Of a stretch of DNA of 51,234 nucleotides, positions 21,352-29,297 are shown piece after piece. The position numbers were made by a program, and so were the translations under genes. The stretch's first letter is position 1, and each line of letters begins with the position of its first letter. The stretch spans positions 1 to 51,234 of the forward strand of contig QCAB01000004.1 in NCBI GenBank assembly GCA_003282105.1, in the 5' to 3' direction. The notes below the pieces were generated by a model that was not told the DNA's origin, did no database searches, and saw nothing but the letters and a program-made list of their open reading frames with translations. The stretch is from SAR86 cluster bacterium AG-339-G14 (lineage in GTDB: Bacteria; Pseudomonadota; Gammaproteobacteria; Magnimaribacterales; AG-339-G14).

Positions 21352-21385
21352 TTACATTGACCCTAAAAGGCATCAACTTAACTTT

Positions 21386-21412
21386 AATATGGTTTCTACC
21401 TAAAATTTCAAG
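21386..21412 (-). promoter_or_regulatory. Sigma-32 promoter of ibpA
   Basis: Minus strand CTTGAAA-N13-CCATATT versus RpoH consensus CTTGAAA-N13/14-CCCCATnT. Confidence 0.75.
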
Positions 21413-21435
21413 ACCTAGGTATAATTTATTTTGTA

Positions 21436-21954
21436 ATGCTTTCTTTTAAAGAACAAAATTGCAATATTACTCTTAGGGAGGGAATTGAAGAATATAATAG
21501 TTACTTAATGGCCAATGGAAAAGAGATTCTGACTGAACTGTCTGACTCATCAATTGTCATGGATCATGACGCAACACACGTTATTTTTGGTTTGGACACT
21601 TCTCTAGAAGAGGAAAGCCTCCTCGACTCGTGGGTGCTTTGGTGTTCTTCTTTCGAATTAAAATATTTAATGTCTTACTCAAAACAACCTGAGATAAAAG
21701 ATTTATACAAAAAACTTCTTAGGGAAGTTGGTGTTTTTAAATTTATTAAACTTTTTTTTAGCGTTTTCCCAACGAAACTAAGGATAATTTTTAAACATAA
21801 AAGAATAATGAAAAAAAAGTGGCCTTTTAAATTTCCTAAAGAATACTTAGATAAGAAAATTTGCGATCTAAGAGAAGAATATGGCATCGTGATTTTAAAA
21901 GACGAAGATAAAGGTTTTAAAAAATTAAATTGGTCTGGTTCAATTAGAAATTAA
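21436..21954 (+). CDS. Hypothetical protein with Coq4-type HDxxH-x11-E metal motif
   Basis: HDATHVIFGLDTSLEEE and C-terminal DLREEYGI. Confidence 0.65.
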   Translation: MLSFKEQNCNITLREGIEEYNSYLMANGKEILTELSDSSIVMDHDATHVIFGLDTSLEEESLLDSWVLWCSSFELKYLMSYSKQPEIKDLYKKLLREVGVFKFIKLFFSVFPTKLRIIFKHKRIMKKKWPFKFPKEYLDKKICDLREEYGIVILKDEDKGFKKLNWSGSIRN

Positions 21955-21982
21955 GTAAGGATTAATTTTAGGGAGAAATATA

Positions 21983-22369
21983 ATGGATAGAACGCATTTG
22001 ATAACGGTAGTGAGTGAAAAGGTTCTCTTGGCAATTATAGGAGTAGCTACTTGCATAGCAGCGGGACAGCATCTGTACAGTATGTATTTGTCAATGCAAA
22101 TTGTGCTCGCAGATTTATTTTTGCTCTTTATATTCACCGAGATTCTTGCAATGGTTGCAGCTTTTTATAGCTCAAAAAGAATTCCTGTAACTTTGCCAAT
22201 TATCATAGCGATTACCGCTCTTTGCAGATTGATAGTGATGCAAAATAAAGACATGGATGCATTAATAATCATTGCCGAAGCTTCTGCTGTAATTATTTTG
22301 GCTGGAGCTGCCTACATTATGAGTTTAAAGGACAAAATAAGCCTAGAAAAATTGAGAGATAGGAAGTAA
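21983..22369 (+). CDS. PsiE family membrane protein
   Basis: LADLFLLFIFTEILAMV, IPVTLPIIIAITALCRLI. Confidence 0.85.
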   Translation: MDRTHLITVVSEKVLLAIIGVATCIAAGQHLYSMYLSMQIVLADLFLLFIFTEILAMVAAFYSSKRIPVTLPIIIAITALCRLIVMQNKDMDALIIIAEASAVIILAGAAYIMSLKDKISLEKLRDRK

Positions 22370-22373
22370 TAAT

Positions 22374-22592
22374 TTAAGTGATTTTTTTTACTTTAAATTC
22401 AAGTAAATCATCTGAAATCTTTTTAGAAACTAATTCATGATTTAGATATTCACAGAATTTTTCAACATCTTTTTCAGCTGTAGGATCTGTTGCTATTAAT
22501 TCAATGACATCTCCCGAAGAAGCTTCATGAATTGCTCTATGCAGCAACATTATAGGTTCGGGGCAAATTAATCCCTTAGCATCAATTTTCAT
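22374..22592 (-). CDS. tusA: Sulfur carrier TusA family
   Basis: IDAKGLICPEP, ATDP..D..KFC. Confidence 0.9.
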   Translation of the reverse strand: MKIDAKGLICPEPIMLLHRAIHEASSGDVIELIATDPTAEKDVEKFCEYLNHELVSKKISDDLLEFKVKKIT

Positions 22593-23358
22593 TATCGTAA
22601 AACCTTAGTCTCTCTATGTCATCTTCATCGGTTTTTTCTCCATATTGGATTTCTATAATGTGACATGGTTCATCGAAAGGGTTTGTGATTTGGTGCCACG
22701 CTTCTTTTTCAACATGAAATACTTGTTCTTTATTTAATTCAATTGATTGGAAGTTTTCAGCATCTACTTTGCTGAAATTAATTAGGCACTTACCTTTTGA
22801 AACGAACCAAATTTCATTTCTATGAAAATGTCTTTGAAAGCTCATTCCTTTTTTTGGATCTACAATTAATTCTTTAAGTTTTAAGTTTTCATCAACGAAC
22901 AGATTATAAAACTTGCCCCATACTCTATTTTCTGAAGAATGTTCGAAGTTTTTTAAGATCCAGCTTGAAGAATTTTTTTTGTCTTTTCCTCCTACTTCAA
23001 AATGAAATGTGACATCAGAAACTTCCATCTCTGGAATATTTTCTTTATTTCTATCTCCTCCATTACAAAACAATATTTCTTCATCAGGGTATTTTAATTT
23101 TGTTTTATTGAGCGCATCTTTGCAGCTTCCTAACTCATCGTCCTCAAAGGAAATAACGTCATCAACGGGTTTTAAATTTTTAAGAATTATTTCTCTCTCA
23201 GCAAAGGGCATAAAAAATTTCCCCTTTTTCTTTATCAACCAATCATCGCTATTTAAAGCAACAATTAACTTATCTCCAAGTTTCTTTGCTTCTTCCAAAT
23301 AAGCTATATGTCCTGAATGGATTGGGTCAAAACCACCACTGACAATTACGATTTTCAT
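22582..23358 (-). CDS. Cytidylyl/adenylyltransferase fused to a mannose-6-phosphate-isomerase-type cupin
   Basis: SGGFDPIHSGH, LNSDDWL..KKG, NGGDR, KKNSSSWIL; then R.WG, SFQRH.HR.E.W, IIEIQYG...EDDIER. Confidence 0.88.
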   Translation of the reverse strand: MKIVIVSGGFDPIHSGHIAYLEEAKKLGDKLIVALNSDDWLIKKKGKFFMPFAEREIILKNLKPVDDVISFEDDELGSCKDALNKTKLKYPDEEILFCNGGDRNKENIPEMEVSDVTFHFEVGGKDKKNSSSWILKNFEHSSENRVWGKFYNLFVDENLKLKELIVDPKKGMSFQRHFHRNEIWFVSKGKCLINFSKVDAENFQSIELNKEQVFHVEKEAWHQITNPFDEPCHIIEIQYGEKTDEDDIERLRFYDNEN

Positions 23359-23386
23359 TAATTAATTTTAATTTATTTTATTTTTT

Positions 23387-24799
23387 TTAAACAACCTTAA
23401 AATCACTGTCTTCAATTGCTCTTCTTGAAGTCTTATCAAGTCTAAGAAAAACTAAAACTGATGCAAGTAAAACGCCTAGGCAAAGTCCAATCCACATACC
23501 AATTGCACCTTTTTCTGGAACAACTAAATCTGTCAGGCCTAAAATATATCCCACAGGTAGGCCAAAACACCAAAAAGCGAGAATCATTATATATAAAGGA
23601 GCCAAGGTGTCTTTATAACCTCTTAGCGCACCTTGACCAGTAAAACTTATGCCATCAGATAATTGCATGAAGGCAGCTATAAAAATTAGTGAACCAGCTA
23701 GAGAGGTTACAATTGGATCAGTATTAAAAAAAGAAGCAAAGAAAGTTCCATAATTTAAAAGTAAAACGAAATTAAATGAAGCTAAGATGACTGCTACGAT
23801 GATAGCAAAAAAGGATGAGTATCTTGCTCTGACGAATTCTCCTGCTCCTAAAAGGTTTCCAGATCTCACTGCAGCAGCCAAACCTATCGAAAGAGGCAAC
23901 ATAAATGTCACCGTTGTAACTTGCATAGCTATTGCGTGAGAAGCAATTGTATTCTGACCAAGATTGCTTAATAACAATCCGCTTCCACTAAAAAGTCCAA
24001 ATTCAACAAAAATACAAGCTCCGATGGGAAAGCCTAGTTTGAAAATTTCACCCATTTTCTTTAGATCTGGAGGAGTATATCCTTTGAACAAGTTTGCGCT
24101 TTGATAAGGTTTGGAGAAATAAATGTAAAGTATCAAAGCCAATAAAGCTGACCATGTGGAGATAGCAAATGATACACCGCAGCCACTGCCCCCCATTTCT
24201 GGAAAACCAAATTTGCCAAAGATAAATACATAATTCAAAGCCGCGTTGAGCGTGACCATGCCTAAGTTGATAACAGTAATTGGTATAGGTCTCGTAATGC
24301 CTTCGCTAAATGACTTTAACGGCTGAAAAAGAAATAATGCAGGAGTGCCAACTAATAAACCTAGAAGGTAATTTTTGGTAATTTTCTGTACATTTTCTGG
24401 AGTTTTAAAAAAGTCTAGTAGATTTCCTGCGAAAATTAAATAAATAGAAACCAAAGCTATCAAAGGAATGCACAACCAAAAAGCCTGTTTTACATGAGGC
24501 CCAATTTCTTCAAATTTTTTTGCACCATAAAATTGAGCTACATAAGCAGTAACAATAAATAGGCTCCCTCCGACTCCAAAGAAGACGGGCCAAAAGAGCA
24601 TATTTCCTGTTGCCACTGCAGCTTGATCGACAGTACTGTAGCTCCCCGTCATCAATGCAGCAATCACTCCAGTGGCATGAGAAGCCAATTGTGAAAAAAA
24701 GATTGGGATTGCTAAAGAAGCAAAAATTTTTAACTCAAAATCAATTTTATTGCTACTTCCAATAGGCTCGATAATATTTCTGTCTTCAGTTGCTTTCAT
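23387..24799 (-). CDS. MATE family efflux transporter (NorM-like)
   Basis: Many TM segments; LNYVFIFGKFGFPEMGGSG, LGFPIG, GALRGYKDT. Confidence 0.92.
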   Translation of the reverse strand: MKATEDRNIIEPIGSSNKIDFELKIFASLAIPIFFSQLASHATGVIAALMTGSYSTVDQAAVATGNMLFWPVFFGVGGSLFIVTAYVAQFYGAKKFEEIGPHVKQAFWLCIPLIALVSIYLIFAGNLLDFFKTPENVQKITKNYLLGLLVGTPALFLFQPLKSFSEGITRPIPITVINLGMVTLNAALNYVFIFGKFGFPEMGGSGCGVSFAISTWSALLALILYIYFSKPYQSANLFKGYTPPDLKKMGEIFKLGFPIGACIFVEFGLFSGSGLLLSNLGQNTIASHAIAMQVTTVTFMLPLSIGLAAAVRSGNLLGAGEFVRARYSSFFAIIVAVILASFNFVLLLNYGTFFASFFNTDPIVTSLAGSLIFIAAFMQLSDGISFTGQGALRGYKDTLAPLYIMILAFWCFGLPVGYILGLTDLVVPEKGAIGMWIGLCLGVLLASVLVFLRLDKTSRRAIEDSDFKVV

Positions 24800-24845
24800 A
24801 AAGGTAGGGTATGATACTACTTGAAATTTAATTTGGAGATAAAAA

Positions 24846-25568
24846 ATTAGGCATGATAATAGACCTTTTTGGTTGAAACGGATTCACTGGTGGTTCGATC
24901 AAAAATATATCCAATATAAAATTAGTCCTCAATTTGAGAAAATAGGATCAGGCCCACTAATTTTAGGTGTCAAATACTTGCATATTAATGGCAAAGGAAT
25001 TTCTGTAGGAGATTTCGCTACTTTTATTTCCGCTCCAGATTCTCATATTCATCTGACTACTTGGAACGCGGGCGATTATGACGGAAAAATTGAGATAGGT
25101 GATTTTTGTTTATTTAGCCCTGGCGTAAGAGTTTCTGCTGCTACCAAAATTAAAATAGGAAATTCTTGTATGTTTGCTAATAGCGCATATATCTCCGATT
25201 CCGATTGGCATGGAATTTATGATCGGGCTCTTCCAGTTGGGCAATCAAAACAAGTTACGCTAGAAGATAATGTATGGATAGGAGATGGCGCAATTGTTAG
25301 CAAGGGAGTGACTATAGGCAAAAATTCAATTGTAGGCGCAAGAGCAGTCGTTGTGAAAGATATCCCAGAGAATGTCATTGTTGCAGGAAATCCAGCAGAA
25401 ATAATAAAAGAGCTTGATCCAAAAGAAAAACAAGTGTCTAGAGCCGAAATGTTTTCTTCGCCAAAAGCTCTGGACGAATTGTATTTAAAAATAGATAGAA
25501 TTAGTTTAAAGAAAAACACTTTTTATGGATGGATAAAAAGTAAGTTTTTTCCTCAACAAGATCAATGA
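24846..25568 (+). CDS. Hexapeptide-repeat acyltransferase; start probably ATT 24846 rather than TTG 24873
   Basis: ISDSDWH, VTLEDNVWIG..A.V.KGVTIG.NSIVGA.AVV.KD.P...VAGNPA; SD GGAG at 24835 precedes an in-frame ATT. Confidence 0.85.
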   Translation: MRHDNRPFWLKRIHWWFDQKYIQYKISPQFEKIGSGPLILGVKYLHINGKGISVGDFATFISAPDSHIHLTTWNAGDYDGKIEIGDFCLFSPGVRVSAATKIKIGNSCMFANSAYISDSDWHGIYDRALPVGQSKQVTLEDNVWIGDGAIVSKGVTIGKNSIVGARAVVVKDIPENVIVAGNPAEIIKELDPKEKQVSRAEMFSSPKALDELYLKIDRISLKKNTFYGWIKSKFFPQQDQ

Positions 25569-26656
25569 TAAAAATTGTAGCCGACAAAGATCTTCCTTTC
25601 TTAGATAAGGCTTTCGATTATTCTGAAGAAATAGAGCTGCTAAAACTACCTTATGATCAAATAACTAATAGTAATTTAAAAAATGCAGATGCCTTGATAA
25701 GTAGATCGGTGACAAAAATCAATGAGGAATTAGTAAGTGATACTAACTTAAAGTTAATTTTTTCTTTAACATCAGGAGAAGATCATGTTGATTTCGATTG
25801 TTTGGAAGAAATAAAATTTCAATCTGCCAAGGGTTCTAATGCCCAAGCGGTTTTTGAGTACACTGCTAGCGCTTTACAATTTTCCTCAGAAAAAAAAATA
25901 GGAATTATTGGCGAAGGTAACATTGGGAAAAAAATTAAAGATAATCTTTCTTTTTTGGGTTACGAAGTAATTTCTTATGATCCTTATCTTTATAACCATG
26001 ATGAAAACACAAAAAATGCCGTACTAAATTGTCCAATAGTTTCAGTAAATGCTTCTTATTCCAGAGATGGAAAGTATCCTTCGCATGAGTTAATAGAAAA
26101 CGTATTCAGTGATTCTCTTTTAATAAATACTTCGAGAGGCGAAGTTGTCAATTATAAAAAAATTGCAAAAGAAAATGATTGCAACCAGATAATTGATGTT
26201 TGGAATAATGAGCCAAAATTAAATAAAGATGACTTAGTCGATGCTTTTTTAAGCACTCCTCACATAGCAGGAAATTCTTTTGAAGCAAAATCTGATGCAC
26301 TAAATTTAGCAATTGAAGAAATATCTAACTTTTTTGAATTAAAAAAAACAAGACAATTAAATCCTGATCTTCACTATATCGACGTAGACGAAATCAGTTT
26401 GGCTGAAGAATTAGAAAAAACTATGATTCCTTTTAATTTCTTGAAACAGTTTCTCGATATAAAAAAATATAGTGATGTTTTTAAAAAGAAAATAAAACAA
26501 GACAAAGCGATTTCAGATTTTTCAATGTATTTTCAGGAAATTAGAAAAAAGTTTGAGCGTTTAGGGTTTGGAAATTACTCTTTGAACCTTTCAAACACCT
26601 CTAACGAAAATAAAGAAAAATTATCTTGCCTTGGCTTTAGGTTTCAAGAGAAATAA
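25565..26656 (+). CDS. pdxB: Erythronate-4-phosphate dehydrogenase-like
   Basis: [58 protein letters not shown]. Confidence 0.85.
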   Translation: MIKIVADKDLPFLDKAFDYSEEIELLKLPYDQITNSNLKNADALISRSVTKINEELVSDTNLKLIFSLTSGEDHVDFDCLEEIKFQSAKGSNAQAVFEYTASALQFSSEKKIGIIGEGNIGKKIKDNLSFLGYEVISYDPYLYNHDENTKNAVLNCPIVSVNASYSRDGKYPSHELIENVFSDSLLINTSRGEVVNYKKIAKENDCNQIIDVWNNEPKLNKDDLVDAFLSTPHIAGNSFEAKSDALNLAIEEISNFFELKKTRQLNPDLHYIDVDEISLAEELEKTMIPFNFLKQFLDIKKYSDVFKKKIKQDKAISDFSMYFQEIRKKFERLGFGNYSLNLSNTSNENKEKLSCLGFRFQEK

Positions 26657-26672
26657 AATTTATAATAAACCT

Positions 26673-27053
26673 ATGAAAGACTTAAAGGAAAAACTTTCAA
26701 AAGAAGCTTTTGAAGTAACACAAAACCAAGGGACCGAAAGACCTTTTAGTGGAGATTTGCTTAACATAAAAGAAGAAGGGACTTATAAATGTGTTTGTTG
26801 TGGCCAAGATTTATTTTCTTCTCGAGCGAAATTTGAATCAGGGACCGGGTGGCCAAGTTTTTTTATGCCAATCGATGAGACAGCAGTTAAAAATATTGAA
26901 GATCGTAGTCACGGAATGGTAAGGGTTGAAGTAAGGTGTAATGGGTGCGATGCTCATTTAGGCCATGTTTTTCCTGATGGCCCCGAACCAACTGGGTTGA
27001 GGTACTGCATGAATTCTGTTGCGATGTCTTTTGAGCCTTACAACAGTGAATAA
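26673..27053 (+). CDS. msrB: Peptide-methionine (R)-S-oxide reductase
   Basis: [33 protein letters not shown]; start placed at ATG 26673. Confidence 0.96.
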   Translation: MKDLKEKLSKEAFEVTQNQGTERPFSGDLLNIKEEGTYKCVCCGQDLFSSRAKFESGTGWPSFFMPIDETAVKNIEDRSHGMVRVEVRCNGCDAHLGHVFPDGPEPTGLRYCMNSVAMSFEPYNSE

Positions 27054-28347
27054 TTTTTGGAAGTCAACTTTTGGATTTTCTTTTTTCACATTTATCTCAA
27101 GGGTTTTTGGCTATCTTCGTGATCTAACATTAGCGGCTTTTTTAGGAGCTGGACAAATTTATGACATATTCGTTGTAATATTCAGAATACCTAATGTCTT
27201 CAGGAGTTTTTTTGGAGAAGGAGCAATGGCACAATCTCTTGTTCCGAGCATTATAGAAGCAAAAGAAAATATAAATAATTTTCTAAATCAAATTTTTTCT
27301 TTGTTACTTTTTTCTTTATTGATTTTTGTTGGATTAGCTGAGGTATTTCCCAAATTATTTGTTTCCCTTTTTGCACCTGGTTTTATCTATGATGAAGAAA
27401 AATTTTTAAATGCCACAAACTTTTTGAGAATTGTATTCCCATACATACTTTTGATTTCTCTTACTGCATTTTTTGGGGCAATACAAAATTCTAGGAAAAT
27501 CTTTCAATTTGTAGCTGCGACTCCAATTTTTTTTAATCTAAGTTTAATTTGTTTCGCTTTTTCATTTGCTGAACTTTCTTTAAAAGTTTTGGGAATTTCA
27601 ATATTAACTGCTGGATTCATTCAATTAATTTTAAATTTCTCCGTTGTGGCTTATTTTGGAATTTTTCCAAAACTCACATTTACTTTTGATCGTGAAATTC
27701 TCAATTCCTTCTTCAACAAATTCATTCCCGCAATTTTCGCAGCTGGCGTTTATCAGTTAAATGTCTTAGTAGATACAATATTCGCTTCATTTCTGATAAC
27801 TGGCAGCCCAACTTGGTTGTATTTATCTGAGAGACTAATTCAATTTCCTCTTGGTCTGTTCGGAGTAGCAGTTGCACTTGTTTCTTTACCAAACTTAACA
27901 GAACTTTTTATTCAAAAAGATATGAAACAAATAAGTTCTCATAGTTTTAAAATTTTGAGAGTTTTATTTTTAATGGGTTTTGGATGTTTCTTAGGAGCTT
28001 ACTTCCTTGGGGACTACATAATTGAAATTCTCTTTAAGAGAGGTGAATTTTCTTCTTTTGATGTAGGAATGACTTTTTTAGCTCTTCAGGGGTATGCTAT
28101 TTCGCTCATCTTTTTACTACCTCAAAAATATTTTAATAGTCTTTTCTTTGCGATTTCAAAAACAAATATGGTTGTTTATACTGGATTGTTATCACTTTTT
28201 GCTAATTTGATCTTGAATTATTATTTTATTTTTACAATAGATTTAGGCCATTTTGGATTGGCTCTTGCAACTTCTATAAGCAGCATAATAGTCTTTTTTG
28301 TTAGCTTGTATTGGTTGTTGAGTAGAAAAATTTTATTGGCTTTTTAA
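27046..28347 (+). CDS. murJ: Lipid II flippase MurJ
   Basis: [33 protein letters not shown]; start placed at GTG 27046. Confidence 0.93.
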   Translation: MNNFWKSTFGFSFFTFISRVFGYLRDLTLAAFLGAGQIYDIFVVIFRIPNVFRSFFGEGAMAQSLVPSIIEAKENINNFLNQIFSLLLFSLLIFVGLAEVFPKLFVSLFAPGFIYDEEKFLNATNFLRIVFPYILLISLTAFFGAIQNSRKIFQFVAATPIFFNLSLICFAFSFAELSLKVLGISILTAGFIQLILNFSVVAYFGIFPKLTFTFDREILNSFFNKFIPAIFAAGVYQLNVLVDTIFASFLITGSPTWLYLSERLIQFPLGLFGVAVALVSLPNLTELFIQKDMKQISSHSFKILRVLFLMGFGCFLGAYFLGDYIIEILFKRGEFSSFDVGMTFLALQGYAISLIFLLPQKYFNSLFFAISKTNMVVYTGLLSLFANLILNYYFIFTIDLGHFGLALATSISSIIVFFVSLYWLLSRKILLAF

Positions 28348-28349
28348 CA

Positions 28350-29297
28350 ATGTATTTAATAAGAGGACTTAAAAACATAAATCTTTTTAAGGAAAGATTT
28401 TCTGATTTTAGAGTCATTGCAACCATAGGAAATTTTGATGGACTGCATCTAGGGCATCAAAAAATTATTTCGGACATGAAAAATATTGCTAATGAAAAAA
28501 AACTAAAAACAATGGTAATTTTTACTGAACCACATGCAAAAGAATTTTTTGCTGAAAGCTCTAATTCCTCATTTCAGCCAAGCAGAATATCGCCTTGGCG
28601 TGATAAATTTCAAAGATTAAAAGCACAAGGAGTAGATTTTGCTCTCTATTTAAACTTTAACAAAAAATTACAATCGATGACCCCCGAAAAATTCATAAAT
28701 AACGTTCTAGGAAATTTAAACATTCGTTATTTAACTATCGGGGATGACTTTAAGTTTGGAAATCGTAGAAAAGGTGATTATGAGATGCTTGAAAACTGGG
28801 GCAGTCTAAATGATGTTATTGTTCAACAAACTCCAACATATCTTCGGGGAGATAGAAGGTACAGTAGTTCCTGGATAAGGGAGGCACTTGATAAAGATGA
28901 TTTTGAATTGGCAGCCGAATTGCTCGGAAGAAGATATACTTTTTCTGGCAAAGTAGTTAGTGGAAACAGTTTAGGAAGAACTATTGGAGTTCCAACAGCA
29001 AATTTGTGGTTGCCTAAAAGTAACCTGCCTATAAAGGGTGTGTATGCGGTAAAAGTTCACTATGAAAAAGAAATTCTTTTGGGCATTGCAAATATGGGAA
29101 TAAGACCTACCATTGGTGGGGAAAATCCAGTGTTAGAAGTTCACATATTTGACTTCGATAAAAATTTATATGGGAAAAGAATAGAAGTTGAATTTTGTAA
29201 TAAAATAAGAGAAGAAAAAAAATTTTCAAACCTCGAAGAATTGAAATCGCAAATCCATAAAGATATTGAATTGTCTAAAAATCTATTAATTTCGTGA
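28350..29297 (+). CDS. ribF: Riboflavin kinase/FAD synthetase
   Basis: TIGNFDGLHLGH, GRTIGVPTAN, EVHIFDF, IREEKKF. Confidence 0.97.
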   Translation: MYLIRGLKNINLFKERFSDFRVIATIGNFDGLHLGHQKIISDMKNIANEKKLKTMVIFTEPHAKEFFAESSNSSFQPSRISPWRDKFQRLKAQGVDFALYLNFNKKLQSMTPEKFINNVLGNLNIRYLTIGDDFKFGNRRKGDYEMLENWGSLNDVIVQQTPTYLRGDRRYSSSWIREALDKDDFELAAELLGRRYTFSGKVVSGNSLGRTIGVPTANLWLPKSNLPIKGVYAVKVHYEKEILLGIANMGIRPTIGGENPVLEVHIFDFDKNLYGKRIEVEFCNKIREEKKFSNLEELKSQIHKDIELSKNLLIS

